Source: Candidatus Rokuibacteriota bacterium (GTDB lineage: Bacteria; Methylomirabilota; Methylomirabilia; Rokubacteriales; CSP1-6). From it: a stretch of DNA of 64,000 nucleotides. The position numbers and the translations under genes were made by a program. The notes beneath the pieces are model-generated. The model saw only the letters and a list, made by a program, of their open reading frames with translations. It was not told the origin of the DNA and did no database searches. Positions 10,529 through 19,995 of this stretch are shown here, piece after piece; positions within the stretch are counted from its first letter, which is position 1; the number at the start of each line of letters is the position of its first letter. The DNA lies in NCBI GenBank assembly GCA_003220315.1, contig QHSA01000133.1:14843-78842 (forward strand). The letters are read 5' to 3'.

Positions 10529-10732
10529 CCGCGAGCCCGGCGCCATCGGTGGGTGGCCTGAGACCAGGCGCGCCCCGGCTCCGGTCCCCCTGCCGCCGCT
10601 CATTCCAGTCCACGCCGCGAGCCCGGCGCCATCGGTGGGTGGCCTGAGACCAGGCGCGCCCCGGCTCCGGTCCCCCTGCCGCCGCTCATTCCAGTCCACG
10701 CCGCGAGCCCGGCGCCATCGGTGGGTGGCCTG
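10529..10732 (-). repeat. family B repeat, 86-bp tandem unit x2.4, carrying bridging ORFs
   Basis: Identical units start at 10529, 10615 and 10701 (CCGCGAGCCCGGCGCCATCGGTGGGTGGCCTG...). Confidence 0.95.
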
Positions 10733-11651
10733 CCCACCGTGTGCGGAGCCGCCGCACGGCACTCGCGATGCCGCCCGGCATGAACAGCATCGAGGCGATC
10801 AGGATCGCGCCAAAGATCAATGGGCGGTAGTTCTGGAAGCCCGCGAGGGAGTCGTTCAGGACCGTGAGCACCGCCGCGCCGGCCACCGAGCCAGGGACCG
10901 ATCCGAGGCCGCCGAGGATGATCATCGCCACGAAGTCCACCGACAGGAACACGTCGAAGGCGTCGGGCGAGAGGAAGCCGACGACGAAGGCGAAGAGCCC
11001 GCCGGCGACGCCCGTGTAGAGCGCCGAGATCGCGAACGCGAGCGTCTTGTACCGCGCCACGTGGATCCCGCTCGCCTGCGCCGCGACCTCGCTCTCGCGG
11101 AGCGCGAGGAGCGCGCGCCCGGTCCGCGTCCGCGCGAGGTTTCCGGCGGCCCACACCATCACCGCGCCCACCGCGAGGACCAGATAGTAGCGCGCCGTGT
11201 CGGTCGCGAGCACCCACGGCCCGAGGCGCGCGGCTGGGACCCGGAGCCCGTCGTTGCCGCGCGTGAGCCCGTCGAGGTTCAGGATCGCCTCGACGACGAC
11301 GAACCCGAAGGCGAGCGTCGCCATCGCGAGATAGAGGCCCTCGAGCCTGAGGCACGGCACCCCGAGCAGGAGTCCGACCGCCGCGGTGACGAGCGCCGCC
11401 GCGAGGAGCGCCACGACGACCGGGACGCCGGGCGAGCGCGTGGCCACGATCGCGGCGGTGTACGCGCCCACTGCGAGGAACCCCGCGTGGCCGAACGAGA
11501 GCTGGTTCGTGTACCCGGAGAGGAGGTTGAGCCCGATCGCCACGATCGCGTTGACGACGATGAGGCTCGCCAGGAAGACGAAGTAGCGCGGCGCCGCCCA
11601 CGGCCAGAGGAGCAGTCCCGCCGCGCCGATCGCCAGCGCGAGGAGCCGCAT
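10686..11651 (-). CDS. livM: LIV ABC transporter permease
   Basis: GLNLLSGYTNQLSFGHAGF, YLAMATLAF, ILGGLGS. The C-terminal residues come from the repeat. Confidence 0.9.
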   Translation of the reverse strand: MRLLALAIGAAGLLLWPWAAPRYFVFLASLIVVNAIVAIGLNLLSGYTNQLSFGHAGFLAVGAYTAAIVATRSPGVPVVVALLAAALVTAAVGLLLGVPCLRLEGLYLAMATLAFGFVVVEAILNLDGLTRGNDGLRVPAARLGPWVLATDTARYYLVLAVGAVMVWAAGNLARTRTGRALLALRESEVAAQASGIHVARYKTLAFAISALYTGVAGGLFAFVVGFLSPDAFDVFLSVDFVAMIILGGLGSVPGSVAGAAVLTVLNDSLAGFQNYRPLIFGAILIASMLFMPGGIASAVRRLRTRWAGHPPMAPGSRRGLE

Positions 11652-12529
11652 CAGACCTTCCGCCGCGCCACCCGACCGAGCATGCCGCCCGGACGGATCA
11701 GGAGGATCGCGATCAGCGCGAGGAAGGGCACCGAGTGCTTGATCGACGACGGGAGGTAGAGCGGCGCGAGGTTCTCGATCACGCCGAGCAGCATGCCGCC
11801 GACGACGGCGCCGGGCATCGAGCCAAAGCCGCCCAGGACCGCCGCGATGAAGCCGTTGATCGCGACGAGGCCCATCTGCGAGGAGAGGAAGACCACCGGA
11901 GCGATCAGGACGCCGGCGATCGCGCCGACGACCGATGCCAGGATCCACGACGCCGCGTAGACCCGCTCGACGCTGATCCCCACGAGCCGCGCCGCGCGCT
12001 GGTTCTGAGCGACCGCGCGCATCGCTCGGCCGAGCCGGGTGCGCGTGAAGAGCGCCCAGAGGCCGAGCATGAGCGCGAGCGAGGCGCCGATGATCCCGAG
12101 CGACACGGGTGCCACGCGCACGGGGCCCAGGACGATGGGGCGGGTCCCGAAGAACGACGGGAACGGGAACTCGTCGTGCGTCCACGCGAGGCCGGCCGCC
12201 GAGCGCAGCACGAGCGACAGGCCGAGGGTGATGATCAGCACGTCGAAGTGCGTCGCCCCGATCGCGTGGCGGATGATCACACGCTCGATCACCCACCCGA
12301 GGAGCGCCGCCGCGGCGACCGCGATCAACATCACGACCACCAGGGGCAGCTTCACGTGCGCGTAGACCGTGAAGCCCGCGAAGGTCGAGACCATCAGCAT
12401 CTCGCCCTGCGCAAAGTTCAGCGTGCGCGTCGCGTTGTAGACGATGACGAGGCTCAGCGCCACGAGCGCGTAGATCGAGCCGGTCGCCAGCCCGCTCACG
12501 ACGACGTGGACGAGCGCTGCGATTGTCAC
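11651..12529 (-). CDS. livH: LIV ABC transporter permease
   Basis: SGLATGSIYALVAL, LNFAQGE, TRLGRAMRAVAQN, AVLGGFGS. Confidence 0.9.
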   Translation of the reverse strand: MTIAALVHVVVSGLATGSIYALVALSLVIVYNATRTLNFAQGEMLMVSTFAGFTVYAHVKLPLVVVMLIAVAAAALLGWVIERVIIRHAIGATHFDVLIITLGLSLVLRSAAGLAWTHDEFPFPSFFGTRPIVLGPVRVAPVSLGIIGASLALMLGLWALFTRTRLGRAMRAVAQNQRAARLVGISVERVYAASWILASVVGAIAGVLIAPVVFLSSQMGLVAINGFIAAVLGGFGSMPGAVVGGMLLGVIENLAPLYLPSSIKHSVPFLALIAILLIRPGGMLGRVARRKV

Positions 12530-13014
12530 CGGACGCGCGCGACGAAGCGGCAGGCCGGCGCGCCGGTCGCCGCGCAGGCCGTCTCGGTGGCGACGGCGGG
12601 CGCGCCGAGCGCCACCTCGGCGAGCCGCTCGAGGACGCCGCGCGTGAGGTGACACACCGGCGTCACGGCGGCGCCGTACGCCCGGGCGAACGGCGAGTTC
12701 CGTACGCTGACCACCAGCTCGTCCGACCCGAGGCGCTCGAGCGCGAACGCGCCCCAGCCGATCTCGCCGCCCATCGCCAGGAGTCGCGCGACGATCTCCT
12801 CCGCCGCGCCCTCGAGAGCCTGGAGCGCCGTGCCGCCGCCCGCCCGGCCGCCCGCGGCGAGGCACGCCGCGGCGCGCTCGCCCAGCACCGCCTCGACCGC
12901 CTTCTGCAGCGCGACGAGCGTCTCGGGGCGCACGAGGAGATAGCACGACCCCTGGTAGGTGAGGCCGCCCGCGCCATCGGCCTCCACCCTCGACGGCACG
13001 CGGTCGGCGGTCAC
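12526..13014 (-). CDS. stand-alone V4R (4-vinyl reductase) domain protein
   Basis: GWG...V.NSPFA...PVCHLTRG...ETACAATGAPACRF; GTGA overlaps at both ends. Confidence 0.8.
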   Translation of the reverse strand: MTADRVPSRVEADGAGGLTYQGSCYLLVRPETLVALQKAVEAVLGERAAACLAAGGRAGGGTALQALEGAAEEIVARLLAMGGEIGWGAFALERLGSDELVVSVRNSPFARAYGAAVTPVCHLTRGVLERLAEVALGAPAVATETACAATGAPACRFVARVR

Positions 13015-14120
13015 TGGATCGCCTTCCGCCACATCGGCGAGGCCCACCCGTCCCGGAGGAACGCAAGAATCTCGCGCCGGCTCAGGTCGCCGAGCCCCAG
13101 GTGCTCGAGCGCGCGGCCGCGGCCCGAGAGCTCGCGCCCGAGCAGCGCGCCGTACACGAGAAGGAGCCCCGTGATCGCGGGCGTCACCGCGCCCGCCGCC
13201 CGCGCGGCCGACTCGAGGAGCGCCAACCCGAGAACCGCGTCCTCGGTGACGTAGCGGTGCTCGAACGTGACGATCTCGCTCCAGAGGCCGCTCGCCACGA
13301 GTTTCGTCTTCGCCCCGGCGCCGTAGAGCCCCTCGGCCGCCCGCGTCTCGTCGTAGTACGTCGCGAGCTCGTAGTGGGGCGCCGCGTAGCCCCAGCCCCG
13401 GCGAGTCGCGACCCGCTCGGCGTCCACGGCGTCGATGAGCCGGCGCACGCTCGGCGTCGTGCCAGCCGCGTGGACGTCGAAGCTGCCACCGTCGATCGCG
13501 CCGGTATTCAGGAGAACGAGCGGGGGGTGGATCACGGGCCCGGCGTTGGTGAGCGCGACATCGAGGGAGTCCGCGCACGGGCGGACGGCCGGGAAGAGCT
13601 CGGCGAGCCGCGGCAAGACGCGCGGGCCCCGCGACGCGGGAAACACGCCGATCGGCAGGTTGGCGGCGCGCAGGGGCGCCTTGACGACCGCGGGCGCCGT
13701 CTTCCGCGTGAGATAGGGCAGCGTCCCGGTCTCGGCGAGGGCGAGCGGTAAGGGGCCGCCGGCGCGCGCAATCCCCCGCGCCATCGCGTAGCTACCGAGC
13801 GTTCCCGGTGTGAGCAGGATGATCTGTCGGTCGTTGAGACACGGCGCCAGGCGCTTGGCGAGCTCCTCGTGGCTCGTCGCGGGTAGCGGGACGATCAGGA
13901 CCTCCGCGCCCTCGACCGCCTCGCCGAGGTCGGTCGTGGCGCGCTCGAGCTGCGCCGTCCCGTGCCGCCCCTCGGCGTCGAGCGTGATCGTCGCGCGCTC
14001 CACGAGCGGGCCGAGCGCGTCCGCCGAGCGGCTCCAGAGCCTGACGCGGTGGCCGGCCAGCGCGAGATCGGCCGCCGTCGCGAAGCCACCATTGCCCGCG
14101 CCCAGGACTGCTAGCTTCAC
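13011..14120 (-). CDS. NAD/NADP opine (octopine/nopaline) dehydrogenase family protein
   Basis: VLGAGNGGFATAADLAL.GH, ETGTLPY, N.GPVIHP, HRYVTED, GR.LE.LGL. Confidence 0.9.
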   Translation of the reverse strand: MKLAVLGAGNGGFATAADLALAGHRVRLWSRSADALGPLVERATITLDAEGRHGTAQLERATTDLGEAVEGAEVLIVPLPATSHEELAKRLAPCLNDRQIILLTPGTLGSYAMARGIARAGGPLPLALAETGTLPYLTRKTAPAVVKAPLRAANLPIGVFPASRGPRVLPRLAELFPAVRPCADSLDVALTNAGPVIHPPLVLLNTGAIDGGSFDVHAAGTTPSVRRLIDAVDAERVATRRGWGYAAPHYELATYYDETRAAEGLYGAGAKTKLVASGLWSEIVTFEHRYVTEDAVLGLALLESAARAAGAVTPAITGLLLVYGALLGRELSGRGRALEHLGLGDLSRREILAFLRDGWASPMWRKAIQ

Positions 14121-14226
14121 AGACTCGCCTCGCCTGTGGCTGCGGCTCGCACTGCCACGACGTTCATAAGCTCGCCTCGCACGGCGGGGCCCCAGCCCCA
14201 CGACGTGCTGCGGCTCGCACTGCCAT
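14117..14226 (-). repeat. two family A repeats carrying two chained mini-ORFs
   Basis: MAVRAAARRGAGAPPCEASL* (14226-14164) and MNVVAVRAAATGEASL* (14167-14117). Confidence 0.9.
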
Positions 14227-15419
14227 CACGCCACGACTCCGGCGGCGCGCAGCTCGGCGATCCGCGCGGCGGAGTATTCGAGGACACCGCCGAGCACGGC
14301 CTCGGTGTGCTCGCCGAGTGTGGGCGGCGGCGCCGTCTCGAGCCCCATCGCGCCGTCCACCTTGACCGGCGTGCCGAGCGCCGGGAGCTTGCCGTGGACC
14401 GGATGCGCCGTCTCGAGGACCATGCCGCGCTGGCGCACCTGGGGGTCGGCGAGGACGCGATCGACGGAGCGGATGGGCGCGCCGGGCACGCCCTCCGCCC
14501 CGAGCCGCGCGAGCCAGTCGTCGGTCGTCCGCCGGCGGAAAGCGGCCTCGATCAGCGGGACCAGCACGCCACGGTTCGCGACGCGATCACGATTGGTCCC
14601 GAAGCGCAGGTCGCGCTCCCACTCCGGGTGCTCGACCACGCGGCAGAACCCCGACCAGAACTTCTCGGCGAAGACGGCGACGACCAGGTGACCATCACGC
14701 GTCGCGAGGGCCTGATAGGGGACGACCGAGGCGTGGCTCGAGCCGAGCGGCCCGGGGACGCGACCGTTCGTCCAGAAATACTGCGCAATATACGTGAGGA
14801 GCGAGACCTGGCAGTCGAGCAGCGACAGGTCGAGGTGGGCGCCCTCGCCAGTCCGCTCGCGACGGAAGAGCGCTCCGGCCACCGCAAACGCGCCGAAGAT
14901 CCCGCCCGTGAGGTCGCCCATCGGCAGGCCCATGCGCACCGGCGCCCTCCCCGGCTCGCCCGTGATGGACATCGCCCCGGCCATCGCCTGGAGCGCCAGG
15001 TCGAAGGCCGGCCAGTCGCGATACGGCCCCTCCTGGCCGTAGGCGGAGATCGAGCAGAGGATCACGCGCTGGTTGAGGGACCAGAGCTTGGAGTACGCGC
15101 AGCCGAGACGCTCCATCACGCCGGGGCGGAAGTTCTCCCAGACGACGTCGGCCCGACGGACGAGGTCGTAGAAGACCTCGCGCCCGGCATCCCTGGTGAG
15201 GTCGAGCGCGACGGACTTCTTGCTGCGGTTGATCGCGAGGAAGTACGCCGACTCGCCGTCGGCGAGGAACGGCGGACCCATGACCCGCATCGGGTCGCCG
15301 CCGTCGGGGTCCTCGATCTTGATCACCTCGGCGCCCATGTCGGCGAGCAGCATCGAGCCGTACGGCCCCGCGAGCATGCGGGAGAGGTCGAGCACGCGGA
15401 CGCCCGCGAAGAGCTTCAC
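14226..15419 (-). CDS. CaiB/BaiF family CoA-transferase
   Basis: VRVLDLSRMLAGPY...DMGAEVIKIE, NRSKKSVALDL, ENFRPG, PAFD. Confidence 0.95.
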   Translation of the reverse strand: MKLFAGVRVLDLSRMLAGPYGSMLLADMGAEVIKIEDPDGGDPMRVMGPPFLADGESAYFLAINRSKKSVALDLTRDAGREVFYDLVRRADVVWENFRPGVMERLGCAYSKLWSLNQRVILCSISAYGQEGPYRDWPAFDLALQAMAGAMSITGEPGRAPVRMGLPMGDLTGGIFGAFAVAGALFRRERTGEGAHLDLSLLDCQVSLLTYIAQYFWTNGRVPGPLGSSHASVVPYQALATRDGHLVVAVFAEKFWSGFCRVVEHPEWERDLRFGTNRDRVANRGVLVPLIEAAFRRRTTDDWLARLGAEGVPGAPIRSVDRVLADPQVRQRGMVLETAHPVHGKLPALGTPVKVDGAMGLETAPPPTLGEHTEAVLGGVLEYSAARIAELRAAGVVA

Positions 15420-15430
15420 GCTGTCTCCGC

Positions 15431-15482
15431 TTGACGTCGGCGTTGCAGGCCGATACCTTTACTTTCAATGAGTATTGTAAAG
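15431..15482 (+). promoter_or_regulatory. vapBC promoter and candidate operator
   Basis: TTGACG-17 nt-TACCTT (15431-15459); inverted repeat CTTTAC...GTAAAG (15457-15482) spanning the start codon. Confidence 0.55.
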
Positions 15483-15716
15483 CGCGTCCGCACGCGCGGC
15501 CGCACGCGGATCAGTGCGAAGAACCAGACGACGATCCCGGTCGCCGCGCTCAGGCGCGCCGGGCTCAAGCCCGGGGACGAGCTGCGGGTGGAGGCTGCCG
15601 GCGCGGGCCGCATCGTTCTCACCCGGGTCGAGGAGACGCTGGCCGGCTACGCCGGCCGCCTGACGGGAGTGTATCCAAAGGGATCCCTACAGAAATTGCG
15701 CCGCGAGTGGCGATAG
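15468..15716 (+). CDS. vapB: AbrB/MazE/SpoVT-family antitoxin
   Basis: TRISAKNQTTIP..LRRAGLKPGDEL.V swapped-hairpin motif; ...LRREW tail. Confidence 0.85.
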   Translation: MSIVKRVRTRGRTRISAKNQTTIPVAALRRAGLKPGDELRVEAAGAGRIVLTRVEETLAGYAGRLTGVYPKGSLQKLRREWR

Positions 15717-16096
15717 TCGTCCTCGACGCGAGCATCGTCATCGCGTTCCTCGACGCGCGCGACCCGCACCACGCCGCCGCGGTCGCGGCCGTCGGCCAGT
15801 CCCGCCGGGAGGAGCTGGTCCTACCGTCGAGCGCGTACGCCGAGGTCCTCGTCGACCCCTGGCGCCGCGGACCCGACGCGGTCGCGGTCGTCAGGCGACT
15901 CGTGACCGACGTGGGCATCCGCATCGAACCGCTCAACGAGCAGATCGCCGAACGCGCCGCCAGGCTCCGGGCCCACCACCGCGCGCTCCGGCTTCCCGAC
16001 GCGCTCGTGCTTGCGACCGCGGATGCGCTCGACGCCACCGCCTTCACGTGCGACCGGTCGTGGCAGCGCCTGAGCCGTCGGGCCCGGGTCGTCTGA
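15707..16096 (+). CDS. vapC: PIN-domain toxin
   Basis: VVLDASIVI, AYAEVL, LRLPDALVLATA, TCD; overlaps the antitoxin. Confidence 0.85.
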   Translation: MAIVVLDASIVIAFLDARDPHHAAAVAAVGQSRREELVLPSSAYAEVLVDPWRRGPDAVAVVRRLVTDVGIRIEPLNEQIAERAARLRAHHRALRLPDALVLATADALDATAFTCDRSWQRLSRRARVV

Positions 16097-16106
16097 CCGG
16101 CCCCCA

Positions 16107-18392
16107 TCACCGGGCGTCCTTCGAGGCGACATGGCCGGCGAGCGCCGCGCGCACGCGGGCGGGCGTGATCGGCAGCTCGGTGAAGCGAACGCCGAGCGCG
16201 TCCTTCAGGGCGTTCGCGACCGCGGCGGCGACGGGGATGACGCCCGACTCGCCGAGCCCCTTGGCGCCGAACGGGCCCTCCGCGTCCACCGTCTCGATGA
16301 GGCGCACGACGATCTCGGGCATGTCGGCGGCCTTGAAAACCGCGTAGTCCATGAAGCTCTGCGTCAGGATCTGGCCCTCCTCGACGACCAGCTTCTCGGT
16401 GAGCGCGTAACCGAGCCCCATGTGGATGCCGCCGTGCACCTGACCTTCCGCGGCGCCGGGGTTGAGCGCGCGGCCGACGTCGTGCGCGGAGACGATCTTG
16501 CGCACCTCGATCTTGCCCGTCTCCGGCTCGACGTCGACGAGCACCGCCTGACACGCCGAGGCGTACGCGGCGGAGACGTTCCCCTGGAAGTCTTTGTCGA
16601 GCATCACCGTCGGCGGGTCGTAGAAGGCCTCGGCGACGAGCACGCGCCCTCCGTGCCTGAAGTGTCCCGCCCGCACCACCTGCTCGTACGGAAGCCGCCG
16701 GTGCGGCTCGCTCCGCACGAACACGACGCCGCCCGCGACGTCGAGCCGCTCCGCCGGCTCCTCGAGCTCCACGGCGGCGAACTCGAGGAGCTGCGCCTTC
16801 ACCTTCTCGGCGGCGAGTCGCGCGGCGTTGCCGGCGACGAACGTCGTCCGGCTCGCGTGCGTCCCCACGTCCCACGGCCGCACGCTCGTGTCGGAGTTGA
16901 CCACGTCCACGCGCTCGAGCGGGACGCCGAGCGTCTCGGCCACGATCATCGCGAGGACGGTCTCCGACCCCTGGCCGATCTCGCTCGCGCCGGTAAGCAG
17001 CGCGACCTTGCCGAAGTCGTCGAGCTTGACGATCGCGCCGCAGCCGTCGGAGCGGTAGATCCGCGCGCCACCACCGACGTGGAACATGCCCGCGTACCCG
17101 ACCCCGCGCTTCCAGCCGGGCCTGAGCGGCGGCGGGTCTCGCCGCATCTCCTCGGCGGCGGCGTCGATGCACTCGGTCATCGCGAACGACGTGAGCACGA
17201 AGCCCTGCGGGTTCACGTCGCCCGGCTTCGACGCGTTCCGGCGGCGCACGTCGAGCCGGTCCAGCCCGAGACGTTCGGCGAGGTCGTCCATCTGAGACTC
17301 CACGGCGAACGTGGACTCGGGGTTGCCGTAGCCGCGCATCGAGCCGGAGTACGGGTTGTTCGTGTACACGATCGTTGTATCGAAGCGGACGCTCGGGACG
17401 CGGTAGAGCCCGGCGACGGTCGCGAGCATCACGTACGGCGTCGTCGAGCCCCAGGAGGTGTACGCCCCGTTGTCGATCGTCACGTGCGCGTCGCGCGCGA
17501 GCAGCCGGCCGTCCCGGTCGGCCGCGGTGCGCAGCCGGATCGTGCAGGGCTCACGCCCGGGGCACGCGATGAATTCCTCCACGCGGTCGAACTCGATCTT
17601 CACCGGACGGCGGCAGTGGAGCGCCAGCAGCGCGGCGATGACGTCGATCGGGTACAGGTCGAGGCCGCGGCCGAAGTTGCCGCCCACGGGGGGCTGCAGC
17701 ACCCGCACGCGGTCACCGCCGATCCCGAGCGCCTCGCCGAGATCGCGCCGGTAGAGGAACGGCACCTGGGTCGTCGTCCACATCGTCAGGTTCCCGGCGG
17801 GGTCCCAGTCGGCGAGCGCGACCATCGTGCCCAGGCACGCCTGCGTGACGAAGGGGAGCCGGTAGGTGTCTTCGACGACCACCGCCGCCTCGGCGAGCGC
17901 GCGGTCCACGTCGCCGCGGCTGAACTGATAGCGCAATGTGTGCGCGTTCCTCCCGAGCTCCTCGTGCACGAGCGGCGCGCCCGGGACCAGCGCCACGCGC
18001 GGGTCGAACACCGCCGGGAGCTCCGCGTACTCGACGTCGATGAGCGCGAGCGCCGCCTCGGCGAGCTCGGGCGTCTCGGCGGCGACCGCGGCCACCTCGT
18101 CGCGGACCGAGCGCACCTTGCCCCGCTTGAGCGCGGTCTGGTCCTTGGCGACGCCGAACAGACGCGGCTCCACGTCGTCCCCGGTCAGCACGGCCAGGAC
18201 GCCGGGGAGCGCGCTCGCGCGGCGCGTGTCGACCCGGACGAGGCGCGCGTGCGGGTGCTGCGATCTCAGAATCTTGCCGTGGGCCAGGCGCGGCAGGACA
18301 AGGTCGTGGAGGTAACGCGTGCGGCCGGTGACCTTCTCCGCGCCGTCCCGCTTCGGGACCGTCGTGCCGATGACGTCGAAGGAGCGCGTCAT
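16107..18392 (-). CDS. xanthine dehydrogenase-family molybdopterin-binding (large) subunit
   Basis: KVTGR..Y..D, TQVPF, GGNFG, MRGYG.PE, EIGQG, GQVHGG, AKGLGE. Confidence 0.95.
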   Translation of the reverse strand: MTRSFDVIGTTVPKRDGAEKVTGRTRYLHDLVLPRLAHGKILRSQHPHARLVRVDTRRASALPGVLAVLTGDDVEPRLFGVAKDQTALKRGKVRSVRDEVAAVAAETPELAEAALALIDVEYAELPAVFDPRVALVPGAPLVHEELGRNAHTLRYQFSRGDVDRALAEAAVVVEDTYRLPFVTQACLGTMVALADWDPAGNLTMWTTTQVPFLYRRDLGEALGIGGDRVRVLQPPVGGNFGRGLDLYPIDVIAALLALHCRRPVKIEFDRVEEFIACPGREPCTIRLRTAADRDGRLLARDAHVTIDNGAYTSWGSTTPYVMLATVAGLYRVPSVRFDTTIVYTNNPYSGSMRGYGNPESTFAVESQMDDLAERLGLDRLDVRRRNASKPGDVNPQGFVLTSFAMTECIDAAAEEMRRDPPPLRPGWKRGVGYAGMFHVGGGARIYRSDGCGAIVKLDDFGKVALLTGASEIGQGSETVLAMIVAETLGVPLERVDVVNSDTSVRPWDVGTHASRTTFVAGNAARLAAEKVKAQLLEFAAVELEEPAERLDVAGGVVFVRSEPHRRLPYEQVVRAGHFRHGGRVLVAEAFYDPPTVMLDKDFQGNVSAAYASACQAVLVDVEPETGKIEVRKIVSAHDVGRALNPGAAEGQVHGGIHMGLGYALTEKLVVEEGQILTQSFMDYAVFKAADMPEIVVRLIETVDAEGPFGAKGLGESGVIPVAAAVANALKDALGVRFTELPITPARVRAALAGHVASKDAR

Positions 18393-18399
18393 GCTCGCG

Positions 18400-19995
18400 T
18401 CAGAACTTCACGGGCTCCTTGTGCTCCCCGAAGACGTCCTTCAGGGCGCGCGCGATCTCGCCGAGCGTCGCGTACGCCTTCACGGCCTCCACGATCGGGT
18501 CCATGAGATTGCCCGCGGCCCGCGCTTCGTCACGGAGGCGCGCGAGCGCGCGCGCCACGGCGCCCCCGTCCCGGTCCCGGCGAATCCGTTCGAGTCGTGC
18601 GATCTGGGCGGCGGCGACCTGCGGGTCGGAGGCGTACAGCTCGACCTCGCGGTCGGCCGCGGCGGGCGTGTCGCCGACGTGGCAGTTGGCGCCGACCTTC
18701 GGGATCTCACCGGAGGCGAGCTTCTGCTCGAAGCGGTACGCCTGGCGCGCGACCTCGGCCTGGAGGGCGCCGCTCTTCACGGCCTCGACGATGCCGCCCA
18801 TCCGTTCGACCCGGGCCATCTCCTCGAGGATCTCCGTCTCCATGGCGCTCGTCAGCGCCTCGACATAGTACGAGCCCCCGAGCGGGTCCACCGTGTCTGC
18901 CGCGCCGGACTCCTCGGCACAGATCTGCATGGTGCGGAGCGCGATGAGCTGCGCCTTCGCCGACGGGATCGTGTACGCCTCGTCGTAGGTCGGCAAGGCC
19001 ATGGTCTGCGCGCCGGCCAACGCCGCGGCGAGCGCGATGTACGCGCCCCGGACGATGTTGTTCTCGGGCTCCTGGACCACGAACGCCGAGCCGCCGCCCC
19101 CGATCAGCGTCCGAAACATCCACGACTTCGGATTCGTCGCGCCGAACCGCTCGCGCAGCATGCGCGCGTACAGGCGCCGGCCCGCGCGGAATTTCGCGAC
19201 CTCCTCGAAGATCTTCCCCCATGCCGTGAAGTTGAACGAGATCCGCGGGGCGAAATCGTCGACGGAGATCCCGCGCGCGAGCATGCGCTCGATGTACGCG
19301 GCCGCGATCAACAGCCCGTACGCCATCTCCTGCGCCGTCGTGCAGCCCGCCTCGCGGATGTGGTAGCCGCACACCGAGACCGGATTCGAGCGCGGATAAC
19401 GCTTCGCCGAGAACTCGACGAGGTCCGCCACGAGCCGCAGGGACGGCTCGACGGGGTAGATCCACGTGCCCCGCGCGACGAATTCCTTGAGGATGTCGTT
19501 CTGGGGTGTCGTGACGACCCGGTCGGCCGCGGCGCCCTGCTTCTCGGCGACGACGTAGTACATGGCCGTGATCGGCGCCGCCATCCCGTTGATCGTGAGG
19601 GAGACGCTGACGCGGTCGAGCGGAATGCCAGCGAACGCGTCCTCCATGTCGGCCAGCGTGTCGATCGCCATCCCGACCCGGCCCACCTCGCCCTCGGCGC
19701 GCGGGTCGTCGGAGTCGAGACCCAACTGAGTGGGCAGGTCGAAGGCGACGTTCAGGGCGTCCTGTCCGTGCGCCATCAAGTACTTGAATCGGCCATTCGT
19801 CTCCGTCGGTGTGCCGAAGCCGACGTACTGGCGCATCGTCCAGAGGCGCTCGCGGTACATCGTCGAGTGGATGCCCCGCGTGAACGGGTACTCGCCGGGG
19901 CGGCCGATGTCGCGCCCGACGTCGACGTCGGCCAGGTCCTCGGGCCCGTAGAGGGGCTTGATCGGAAAGCCCGCGTGCGTTCGTAGCTCCTTCAT
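18400..19995 (-). CDS. B12-dependent acyl-CoA mutase, substrate-binding subunit (MCM family)
   Basis: PGEYPFTRG, WTMRQY.GF, AFDLPTQLG.DSD, QNDILKE, GYHIREAG, DPLGGSY. Confidence 0.95.
   Translation of the reverse strand: MKELRTHAGFPIKPLYGPEDLADVDVGRDIGRPGEYPFTRGIHSTMYRERLWTMRQYVGFGTPTETNGRFKYLMAHGQDALNVAFDLPTQLGLDSDDPRAEGEVGRVGMAIDTLADMEDAFAGIPLDRVSVSLTINGMAAPITAMYYVVAEKQGAAADRVVTTPQNDILKEFVARGTWIYPVEPSLRLVADLVEFSAKRYPRSNPVSVCGYHIREAGCTTAQEMAYGLLIAAAYIERMLARGISVDDFAPRISFNFTAWGKIFEEVAKFRAGRRLYARMLRERFGATNPKSWMFRTLIGGGGSAFVVQEPENNIVRGAYIALAAALAGAQTMALPTYDEAYTIPSAKAQLIALRTMQICAEESGAADTVDPLGGSYYVEALTSAMETEILEEMARVERMGGIVEAVKSGALQAEVARQAYRFEQKLASGEIPKVGANCHVGDTPAAADREVELYASDPQVAAAQIARLERIRRDRDGGAVARALARLRDEARAAGNLMDPIVEAVKAYATLGEIARALKDVFGEHKEPVKF

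Noticed and set aside
10529..10732. 86-bp repeats as a CRISPR array or tRNA-like genes
   Set aside because: Units are identical with no spacers, and lack T-loop/anticodon consensus.
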